Assembly: GCA_965218795.1 (NCBI GenBank)
Contig: OZ244653.1
Span: forward strand, 4,448,001-4,512,000
Length of the DNA stretch: 64,000 bases
Direction of reading: 5' to 3'
From: a bacterium
GTDB lineage: Bacteria > UBA8248 > JACPRG01 > G963555815
The translations under genes were made by a program, and so were the position numbers. Positions 41,041-49,533 of this stretch are shown here, piece by piece (positions within the stretch are counted from its first letter, which is position 1; each line of letters begins with the position of its first letter). The notes under the pieces are model-generated. The model ran no database searches. It was not told the origin of the DNA and saw only the letters and a program-made list of their open reading frames with translations.

Positions 41041-42270
41041 TTAAAGAAAAAGCTCTTTGGCGACGGAATTCTTCGCGACCATCCGTCCTTTTTTGAAGAC
41101 CCACAGCCGGGTCGGCTGGGCAACGATGGCATCCTCGAAACGATGGACATCCAAAACGACCAGATCCGCCTCGTTCCCCACCCGGACGCCGTAAGAGTCG
41201 TTGTGATAAAAGATCCGGCCGGCGACTTCTGTTCCCATGTCCAGAACCGTTTTGAGTTCATCGTGGGTTCCCATGTAGGCGCCGTGGGCGAAGATCAAGC
41301 CGACCTCCAGCATGTCGGCGTTGCCGAAGGGTGTGAACCCGTCCCGGATATTGTCTGAGGCGTAGGCGACCGGAACCCCTTCGGCAAGCAGCTCCTTCAC
41401 ACGCGTAATTCCTCTCCGCGGACGATGGTCATCCGCCCGGCCCTGAATGTGAAGGTTTGTGGAGGGCAGAGTGATCACGCTCAAGCCGGCCTCCCGCATG
41501 AGCGCGATCACTTCGCGGGCTTCCGCAGGCGGTAGGGAGGACAGGGCGCACAGGTGATCGACTGTGACCCGTCCTTCGTAGCCTTCCTGGATCGTCTTTT
41601 TCGCCACATATCGGATTGCGAGAGGCTCCGGGTCGTCCTTTTCGTCCACGTGAAGGTCGAGGCGCTTGTCGTATTCCCGAGCGAGATGAAACAGGAGATC
41701 GACGATCTTCTCATCGCCCGGAAGCGGAAAACCTCCGATAAGGTCGGAAAGCTCTATGGCTTTTCGGAATAGCTTCAAGAACTCGGGAGAGGAAACCGGA
41801 TCACCGTGCGGAAGGACGGCTAATTGAAGCGTCACCGAGTCCTTGAGCTCCTCCCGGAGGGCGGAAAGAGCCTCCACACCCTTCAGGCCAACGGCTGAAT
41901 CAAGGTCGATGTGTGTGCGAAGGCTGGTGCTGCCGTTCGAGACGGCCATTTCGATCTGTTTTCTGGCGCGGCGCTGGATGTCCTCGACGGTAAATCCTTT
42001 CTTGACCTCCATCATGATCTCGAGGCCTTCCTCGAGTGTGCCCGATCGGTTAACCGTCCGGTCGGTGACCATGCCTTTGTCGAGATGCAGGTGCGCGTCC
42101 ACGAACCCCGGGATCACCAACCTCTCTGCGACATCGATCATTTCCGCGTTATCAGGTTCGGCCTCTCCCTCCGATGGCGAGATTTGCGCTATCCGGCCGG
42201 CTTCGATGCGGATATCGACGGGAGCTTCACGCCCTTTCACTCGTGCGCGTCTGAGAAGGAAGTCACTCAT
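41041..42270 (-). CDS. Cytosine deaminase-like amidohydrolase
   Basis: FVDAHLHLDK, RTHID, HVDE and SDNIRDGFTPFGNADML motifs. Confidence 0.85.
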   Translation of the reverse strand: MSDFLLRRARVKGREAPVDIRIEAGRIAQISPSEGEAEPDNAEMIDVAERLVIPGFVDAHLHLDKGMVTDRTVNRSGTLEEGLEIMMEVKKGFTVEDIQRRARKQIEMAVSNGSTSLRTHIDLDSAVGLKGVEALSALREELKDSVTLQLAVLPHGDPVSSPEFLKLFRKAIELSDLIGGFPLPGDEKIVDLLFHLAREYDKRLDLHVDEKDDPEPLAIRYVAKKTIQEGYEGRVTVDHLCALSSLPPAEAREVIALMREAGLSVITLPSTNLHIQGRADDHRPRRGITRVKELLAEGVPVAYASDNIRDGFTPFGNADMLEVGLIFAHGAYMGTHDELKTVLDMGTEVAGRIFYHNDSYGVRVGNEADLVVLDVHRFEDAIVAQPTRLWVFKKGRMVAKNSVAKELFL

Positions 42271-42803
42271 ACGGGATTCGTCTCATGCCATGAGTCTTGA
42301 GGAGCCTGCCATCCTGCGCAAAAGACTTGGTCAGGCGTGAAATTCTCGGTTTTAGCTGTCAAAAAGCGCTCCCCCTTCGGCCGCAGGACGCCGTTGATGA
42401 CTTGCGTTTTCGCTCCGGCAAGTTCTACGAGGCGCTCTACTGTGTACCCGTGATCATCCTTTCCTCCGCCGAACTTCTCTTCCTGGGGACCGAGCCGATC
42501 GCTGTCAACGAGGGTTGATATTTCCGTGTCGATGATTGCACCGCAGCGCATGGGGCAGGGCTCGCATGAAGAATAGAGCGTACAATCCGAGAGGGATAGG
42601 GTCTGAAGGATGCTTGTGGCTTCTCCGATGACGCCGGTTTCGGCTTGGTCCGTCGCATTGCCGGTGCAGTATTCGGTGCTCCGGGCCCTGCAAACCACTT
42701 CCCCGTTGCGGACGATGACGGCCCCGAAGGGATCCTCACCAGAATACAAGCCGGTCCGCGCCTCCTCAATGGCCATCGCCATATACTTTTCGTGGTCGCT
42801 CAC
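42267..42803 (-). pseudogene. Degenerate CDA-fold nucleoside/guanine deaminase
   Basis: PFGAVIVRNGEV and LYSSCEPCPM present, but Zn ligands are altered (HAE to QAE, PCPMC to PCPMR). Confidence 0.65.
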
Positions 42804-42870
42804 TTCTTTTCTTCCATCGGCTTTCGGTGAATGGCCCTGATTTCCGGGCGGCAAATATCTCGGGAATGGT

Positions 42871-43965
42871 TCAATTTCCCGCTCGGGCGGCTTCGGCCCT
42901 CCGGCCCCAAACCAATCGATGATGGGAAAGGATGTCTCCCCCCAAAAGGAAGAACAGGATCAATGCCTGGATGATCAAGACGATGTTGATGGGGAGGTTC
43001 ATGACGATCTGCAACGCCTCACCGCCGACATAAAGGCTGCCGAAGAACAATGAGACCAGCACGACGCCCCATGGGTGCCGCCGGGCCAGCCAGGCCACAA
43101 TGATCGCCGTGTATCCATAAGGGGCGTTGGGAGGGGAAATCCCCCGCAGCAGCCGATACTGAATTCCGGTCACCTCCACCATTCCGGCGAGACCGGCAAG
43201 GCCGCCGCTGATCAACATGACCAGAATCACGTTTCGCACAGTAAACATGCCGGCGTACCGTGCAGTCTTCGGACTTTCCCCCATGACCGATATTTCATAT
43301 CCCCAGCGGCTCCGCTCCTGGAGGAGGTACAGGATCCCAGCGGCGGCGATGGCAAAGGGGAACCCCAGATGGACGCGGGTGTCGCCAAACCGGAAGAGCT
43401 GCGCACCCTCTGGAAATTCCTTCGTCACGGGAAAGTTGAAAGTGAGAGGGTCCTTCCATGGACCGTAGACCAGAAAATCCACCCACAGGATGGCCACGTA
43501 ATTCAAGAGAAGCGTTGTGATGATCTCATTGACGTTCAGCTTGATCTTCAGGATGGCGGGAATCAGCGCCCACAGGGCTCCGGCGATCATCCCCGCGACC
43601 ACCATGACGGGGACCATCGCCCAGGACGAGCCTTCCCACCCCGTCAGGACGACCCATGTGGCGGCGAACGCGCCCATGTGAAGCTGGCCTTCGGCCCCGA
43701 TATTCCAAATGAGCATTTTGAATGACAGCATCACCCCCAGTCCACAGAGCATGAGGGGTGTCGCCACCACCAGAATCTCCGACAACCCTTGTGTGTTGCC
43801 GAAGGTTTCCATGAACATCTCGCGGTAGGCCGCGATGGGGTCCACTCCGGCCACCAACAGAATGATGGCGCCAACCAGTATTCCCAGAGTCACGGACACC
43901 AGCGGAATCGCCCACCCCAGAGAGCGTGATCGCTCCAACCGCGTTTCCAAACGAATGGATGGCAT
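42871..43965 (-). CDS. BMP-type (nucleoside) ABC transporter permease
   Basis: WNIGAEGQ, NEIITTLLLNY, SGGLAGLAG and GYTAIIVAWL motifs. Confidence 0.9.
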   Translation of the reverse strand: MPSIRLETRLERSRSLGWAIPLVSVTLGILVGAIILLVAGVDPIAAYREMFMETFGNTQGLSEILVVATPLMLCGLGVMLSFKMLIWNIGAEGQLHMGAFAATWVVLTGWEGSSWAMVPVMVVAGMIAGALWALIPAILKIKLNVNEIITTLLLNYVAILWVDFLVYGPWKDPLTFNFPVTKEFPEGAQLFRFGDTRVHLGFPFAIAAAGILYLLQERSRWGYEISVMGESPKTARYAGMFTVRNVILVMLISGGLAGLAGMVEVTGIQYRLLRGISPPNAPYGYTAIIVAWLARRHPWGVVLVSLFFGSLYVGGEALQIVMNLPINIVLIIQALILFFLLGGDILSHHRLVWGRRAEAARAGN

Positions 43966-44235
43966 GGCCGTTCTCTTCCCCGCGAATCATTGCGGGTCAC
44001 CTTCGGATCCGTACATCCCGCGACGTCCTCGTCTTTGCATCCCGGAACCCGCGGAGACTTCCCGAACGAAGGACACACGTCTCCCTATCGGTTGTCACCT
44101 GAACAGTATGAAACCCAGAGTCTGTTTCGGATCCTGCCAATTCGATGACTGGATGCAGCCTTCGCCATCCCGCGACGGCGCCCCGATTCCTCACAAAGCG
44201 GGTAACTCTCGAGATCGGTCAGGCCGTAAGCCGGC

Positions 44236-45324
44236 TCAGGGAAGCGTTCCCTGGATTCCTTCCAGCAGATAGTCCATCGTGGCAAGCGCCTTTCCCTTGG
44301 CCCTTTCGCCGGCGGCAACCCGGACTTTTCCTTTGTGGTCCTTGAGGGGGCCATGAAAGACATCGAAGTCGGGCGAGGCCAGTCTTTTCCGCTCCGAATC
44401 CACCAGTTCCCGGACTTCCTTCGGGACGACAGGATTCAACGGGGCAATGCCCACAGCGCCTTTTTCCAATCCCCAAAAGATGGGCTGGCTCTTCCATGTG
44501 CCGTTGAGGACGGCTTTTGTCATGCCCTCGTAAATGACTCCCCAATTGAAGATGGCGGCCGTCAGGTGTCCCTTGGGGGCGAACCGGCTCATGTCCCAGT
44601 TATAGCCGATAGCATATTTTTTCCGGTTTTCGGCCGCCTGAACCGGGGCCGGAGAATCCTGGTGCTGAGTGACGACATCGACGCCCACGTCGAAGAGGCT
44701 GTCCGCCGCGTCGCGGGACTTCGCCGGGTCGTACCACGCCTGGGTGAATATGACGCGGACTTTCGCGCACGGATTCGCCTTGCGGACACCCAGGGCGAAT
44801 CCGTTGATCCCCCGCAGAACTGTCGGGTAAGGATGGGCGGCAACGTAGCCAATCCGGTTGGAACGGGTCATTTTTCCCGCGACGAGCCCGGTCAGGTAGC
44901 GGGCCTGATATTCCCTGCCCCAATAGGACGCCACGTTCTTCGATTGCTTCCAGCCGGAGGCGTCCATGAAGACCAGCTTGGGGTATCGTTTCCCGACACG
45001 GATCATCGCATCCTGATAATCAAAGGTATTCCCGAAAAATAACCTGAAGCCCCGGCGGATGTATGTCTTCAAGACCCGCTCCGTATCGCCCCGCGCCACG
45101 TTTTCGGTGTAGGCGGTCTCTACTTCGGAAATATTCTTCGCCATGTAACGGCGGCCTATGTCATGGGCCAGGTTGTACCCGGAATCCCCGACCACGCCAA
45201 GGTAGATGAACGCCACCTTCAGCTTCTTGTCGGCAGCTTCTGATTGAGTGCCGGCGAGATAGGACAGCGGTAGGAGAATCAGCGACAGGACAACCAGAAA
45301 TCCAAGGATTCTTTTCCGGACCAT
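44236..45324 (-). CDS. BMP family ABC transporter substrate-binding protein
   Basis: Signal peptide; GDSGYN.AH, YLTGLVAG, WYDPAK and QHQDS motifs; paralogue of 1810-2898. Confidence 0.9.
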   Translation of the reverse strand: MVRKRILGFLVVLSLILLPLSYLAGTQSEAADKKLKVAFIYLGVVGDSGYNLAHDIGRRYMAKNISEVETAYTENVARGDTERVLKTYIRRGFRLFFGNTFDYQDAMIRVGKRYPKLVFMDASGWKQSKNVASYWGREYQARYLTGLVAGKMTRSNRIGYVAAHPYPTVLRGINGFALGVRKANPCAKVRVIFTQAWYDPAKSRDAADSLFDVGVDVVTQHQDSPAPVQAAENRKKYAIGYNWDMSRFAPKGHLTAAIFNWGVIYEGMTKAVLNGTWKSQPIFWGLEKGAVGIAPLNPVVPKEVRELVDSERKRLASPDFDVFHGPLKDHKGKVRVAAGERAKGKALATMDYLLEGIQGTLP

Positions 45325-45568
45325 TTTTAGCTACCCTCCCTCCCATTGAAAAAAATCGACGCGCCGGGCTTCCCCTACCAGTCAGGCGCCTTGCCCTCCC
45401 TGCGATCAGACGAAGACCCCTTCCGGGTGAACGCACAGAGAATTTCGGAATTTCATCTGACCAATGGGCTTGTTACAGATTAACAGAGGCATAATTTTAT
45501 GTATACGATTTACGATCTGATAATCATTGGCATTTCATCCGGATGGAGACCCTGCGGAGGTTGCCGCA

Positions 45569-45830
45569 ATGAACAGTGCGGCGAGAAACGCCAAGGGTGC
45601 AGGGGACCGGAGATCGCACTGGGCCGACATCCCCTGCACGTTGGACGAGGGGCCGTCGCCCAGGGCGGCCATCGGCCTCATGGTGCTCACCGCGGACATA
45701 GTGATCGAGGGCGAGATGCGCGCATTTCTGCCAAGGGAGAGGGTGTCTCTCTATACCGCCCGTATCCACAAGGACCTCGGTAAGCCTGTGGTGACGATCA
45801 CGCAGGCGCTCGCGTGGCACTTGCCTGCGT
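45569..45830 (+). pseudogene. Internally deleted Asp/Glu racemase or maleate isomerase (EutA-like) remnant
   Basis: N-terminal IGLMVLTADIVIEGEMRAFLP..VSLYTARI joined directly to C-terminal DLGKPVVTITQALAWH; catalytic core absent. Confidence 0.7.
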
Positions 45831-46014
45831 CTGACCGGGTTCGAAGAACCGGTGAGGGGATTCGGCCGGCTGTTGACCATTTAGCCGGCGGGCTCGGTGG
45901 GCGCTCGGACGGGTCGGTGAAGGAAATGCATGACCTCGTGACCGCGGCGGTGATGAATGCAAGCTATCCGTTCTTTGTCAGGAAGATCACGGACAGTCGG
46001 GTCCTGCTTGGCCG

Positions 46015-46956
46015 CTATCCGGAAGGCTGACTGGGCGCCGCTTCCATCAGCCCGAGGAGACGGGCGGCATTGTTCCCCAGAATGTTCTCGATGTCCTCCC
46101 GGTCGATTTCGGGCAGACCCAGCCGGTTTGCCGTCTCATTGATCCGCTCGTACGTCGCCATGAAGTTTTTCGGGATGCACAGACGGTACTCGCTGCCGTA
46201 GAGAACCCGGTCGAGTCCGACCAGATCCCGGCACATGAGAAGCGCCCGGAGGAGCGTCTCCGGCGGAAGGGTGCACCAGTAAGCCATCTCCGCATAGAAA
46301 TTGGGATGCTTGGCCACCAGGCACACCCCTTCCTCCCACCAGGGCCATCCGGTATGCGCTACGATCACCTTCATCTCCGGAAATTGGATGCCGACCGGGT
46401 CCAGCAGGCGGGGGGGTTGAAACTTCATTGGAGCGTTCACGCTCGGGGTCCATCCCATGTGGAACTGGACGTAGATGCCGTACTGGATCGCCCGCTCGTA
46501 CAGCGGATACACGTAGGGGTCCCCGGGATCGAAGTGGCAGTATGTCGGCATGAGCTTCAGAGCCTTCATCCCCAGCTCGTTGATGCACCGGTCCAGCTCG
46601 TCGAGGGCCTCGGCGATTCCGCGCATGGGGTCGACGCCCGCGATCGCAATGAGTTTGTCGGGATGAGCCCGGGCGAGGCCCGCGACGTAATCATTGGGCA
46701 CGTGGGGGTTCGGCTTTTCAGGGCCGGGTGAGGCGCGCCGGAAATCGTAGGCCATGATGCACGACCGGTCCAGTCCGGCCTCTTCCATGTCCCGTAGAAG
46801 GGTTTCCGGCCGGACGGGCTCCCGGGTGACGGGCCGCTCTCGGCGCTTTCCATCGGCGTCGTACGTGTACTTCCAGGGACGGTACAACTCCTGACCCCAC
46901 CAGACCGGGATGTGGTTGGGGACCTCGCCGACGTGGACGTGGACGTCGATTCGCAT
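46015..46956 (-). CDS. Amidohydrolase_2 family protein
   Basis: IDVHVH, PNDYVA, FHMG, AHTGWPW and VLYGSE motifs. Confidence 0.9.
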   Translation of the reverse strand: MRIDVHVHVGEVPNHIPVWWGQELYRPWKYTYDADGKRRERPVTREPVRPETLLRDMEEAGLDRSCIMAYDFRRASPGPEKPNPHVPNDYVAGLARAHPDKLIAIAGVDPMRGIAEALDELDRCINELGMKALKLMPTYCHFDPGDPYVYPLYERAIQYGIYVQFHMGWTPSVNAPMKFQPPRLLDPVGIQFPEMKVIVAHTGWPWWEEGVCLVAKHPNFYAEMAYWCTLPPETLLRALLMCRDLVGLDRVLYGSEYRLCIPKNFMATYERINETANRLGLPEIDREDIENILGNNAARLLGLMEAAPSQPSG

Positions 46957-47385
46957 CGGCCATCCTCCGTGCAGATGTTTCTGAAAAGGCATTTATCATA
47001 TCATTCTATTCTGTTTCCAGGCTTGAGGGCGGCGGGGTCATCCTGATGGATGCATCAGACATTCTGACCTGGGTTGCCGATTGCCTGAACGGCGGGAAGG
47101 AGCACGAGCGGATGGAAGGCGACGCCCTGGCCGGGATTGGGCCCGAATTGCAGTCACGGAGTGTGCTTGGCGCAGCTCCGCGGCCGACAAAACGCCATGC
47201 GGGCGCGTAGAAGTCGCCTGCGATGGTTCCCACTATATTTCGTGATTCGGTACAATAACCCGCATCTGAGGCATTTGTTCGTCGCAGAGAGGTGTCAGGT
47301 ATCCCTCCAGCGGTTGGCCCACCGCCCGAAGGCGTGCGGGTCGCTGCGCGGCGGTTGCAGGAAGGGAGAGAGAGCATGAAGATTT

Positions 47386-47870
47386 GTGGGGGTGATCAAC
47401 CGTTCTGATTTCACCCATTGGGGGCCGACGCCGAGCACAGCCAGCCCTGAGTACGGCGACTGGGTCAAAGGCGCCCGCTCGTTCGGCAAAGCAGTCTGGG
47501 AAATCCTCGGAGAGCGGATAAGCCCGCAGATTGTCTTCGAGCGCCCGGTCGAGTCAATGCTTCCCACATTTTGTTTTGTATGCGCAACGGGAGGGATGGT
47601 CGTCATCTGTGCGGGAACCACCGGCGACAATGTGACAATGGAGCTCCGTTGCCACTGGATACGCCAGAAACGATTTCAAGGGAGCCGCTTGTCCAACGAT
47701 GAGGAGGCGGCTGCAGTCAATCGGCTGGTCAGCGATCGGAAAATCGATCCCTGCATGTGCCGGGTCTTTTTTTGATGAGATTGGCGAGGCTCATCAATGA
47801 ATGTATGAGACTCGTCATCCTTACGGGAACATGGCCGCCTTCGTGAATGCATTCGGGTTCAAGCAGGGAT
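47386..47870 (+). pseudogene. ccrA: C-terminal remnant of crotonyl-CoA carboxylase/reductase
   Basis: GVINRSDFTHWG, FGKAVWEILGE, GGMVVICAGTTG, RQKRFQGS and IDPC; frameshift at the T-run near 47770, then DEIGEAHQ*MYE..HPYGNMA. Confidence 0.8.
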
Positions 47871-47905
47871 AAAGGCGGTTACGCCCATTGGCCGAGGGAA
47901 ACGAA

Positions 47906-48263
47906 ATGGCTTACCAATTCCTGATCTACGAGAAGATCGATGCTGTGCTCCGAATTAGGCTGAACCGCCCCGAGGTGTTAAACGCGCTGAACCTCGGCCT
48001 CAAGCGTGAGCTGGAGGCGGCTCTTGACGAAGCGGTCGCCGATGATGCGATTCGGGCGATCATCCTGACCGGTGCGGGCCGGGCGTTCTCCGCCGGGTAC
48101 GACATCAACGTGTCCGGAAGGACAACCTTGCCGACCGTGGAAGAATGGCGCGACAAGCTGCGGGATCACCTCGATAATCTGATGAAGATATGGGACTGTA
48201 GGAAACCGGTCATCGCGGCGGTGAACGGATATGCCGTGGGCGGTGGGATGGAGTTGTGCATGG
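47906..48263 (+). pseudogene. Enoyl-CoA hydratase/isomerase truncated by the IS
   Basis: LNRPEVLNAL, GAGRAFSAGYD and KPVIAAVNGYAVGGGMEL; ends at the IS left end. Confidence 0.9.
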
Positions 48264-49533
48264 TGACCTGCCCCCTTCAAACGGGTCCAGTTTATAAATG
48301 AGTATTCCTGGATTTTCGGAAGGAGGGGAAGGATGGCAAGGAAGCGGTTTACGGCCGAGCAGATCATCATCAAGCTGCGAGAGGCGGAGGTGGCCCAGTC
48401 CCAGGGGAAGACGGTAGGCCAGGTGTGCAAGCAGATCGGGGTGACGGAGCAAACCTACTACCGGTGGAGGAAGGAGTACGGGGGTCTGAGGATGGACCAG
48501 GCCAAGCGTCTGAAGTCCCTGGAGCAGGAGAATGCCCGGCTGAAGAAGCTGGTGGCGGATCTGTCCCTGGACAACCAGCTCCTGAAGGAAGTCTCCTCGG
48601 GAAACTTCTAAGCCCGGCGAAGCGGAGACGAGTCGTGGTATGGGTCAGAGAGCGATTCGGGCCTGAGCGAGTCTCCGAGCGTCGGGCCTGCCGCGTGCTG
48701 GGACAGGCCAGATCGACCCAACGAAGAATCCCGCAGTTCCCCAAGGAAGAGGCGCAACTGGTGATCCGGATGGTGGAACTGGCCAGTCAGTACGGCCGAT
48801 ACGGCTACCGGAGGATCACGGCCATGCTTCGTTGGGAGGGGTGGAAGGTGAACCACAAGCGCGTGGAAAGGCTCTGGAGGCAGGAGGGGCTGAAGGTCCC
48901 GTCCAGACAGCCGAAACGCAGGAGACTGTGGCTCCATGACGGCTCTTGCGTGCGCCTGAGACCGACTCATCGGAACCATGTCTGGAGCTATGACTTCATG
49001 CATGAGCGCACCCAAGAAGGGAGGGCTTTCCGGCTGCTGACCATTTTGGATGAGTACAGCCGAGAATGTATATCCATTGATGTCCAAAGGCAGATGAATC
49101 ACCAGGATGTGCTGGAGCGGTTGGCAGAGTTGTTTGTGGGCCGGGGCGTCCCTGAATACCTCCGGTCAGATAACGGGTCGGAGTTCACAGCGAGGGTGGT
49201 CAGGCACTGGCTCAAGGCGGTTGGCGTGAGGACATTGTATATCGAGCCAGGGAGTCCCTGGGAGAACGGATATGTGGAGAGTTTCAACGGGAAGCTGAGG
49301 GATGAGCTCCTGAACGTGGAGAGCTTCGAGACCCTGAAAGAGGCCCAGGTGCTGGTGGAGAGGTGGAGGCGGGAGTACAACCAGCGACGGCCTCACAGTG
49401 CCTTGGCCTACCGGCCACCCGCACCAGAGGCCAGATTCCCAAGAACCCAAGCCCTGGCGCCGGTTCCCCGGAGTGGACTGCAAAGGGTCCCGTGTCTAAC
49501 GTAGCACGTGGTCTCGTTAGTGGGGGCAGGTCA
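48264..49533 (+). mobile_element. IS3 family insertion sequence (IS407-like), 1270 bp
   Basis: Terminal inverted repeats TGACCTGCCCCC and GGGGGCAGGTCA; orfA/orfB arrangement. Confidence 0.95.
48333..49504 (+). CDS. IS3 transposase OrfAB (orfA 48333-48611; orfB by programmed -1 frameshift)
   Basis: OrfA HTH (EQTYYRWRKEYGG); slippery GGGAAAC at 48599-48605; OrfB WSYDF, SDNGSEF and PWENGYVESFNG (DDE). Confidence 0.95.

Noticed and set aside
47790-47810. In-frame TGA in the ccr remnant as Sec
   Set aside because: Lies in a frameshifted, 5'-deleted relic at a position that is not a Cys site
49363-49533. N-terminus of the 685-aa ORF
   Set aside because: These codons are IS sequence, not part of the glycosyltransferase
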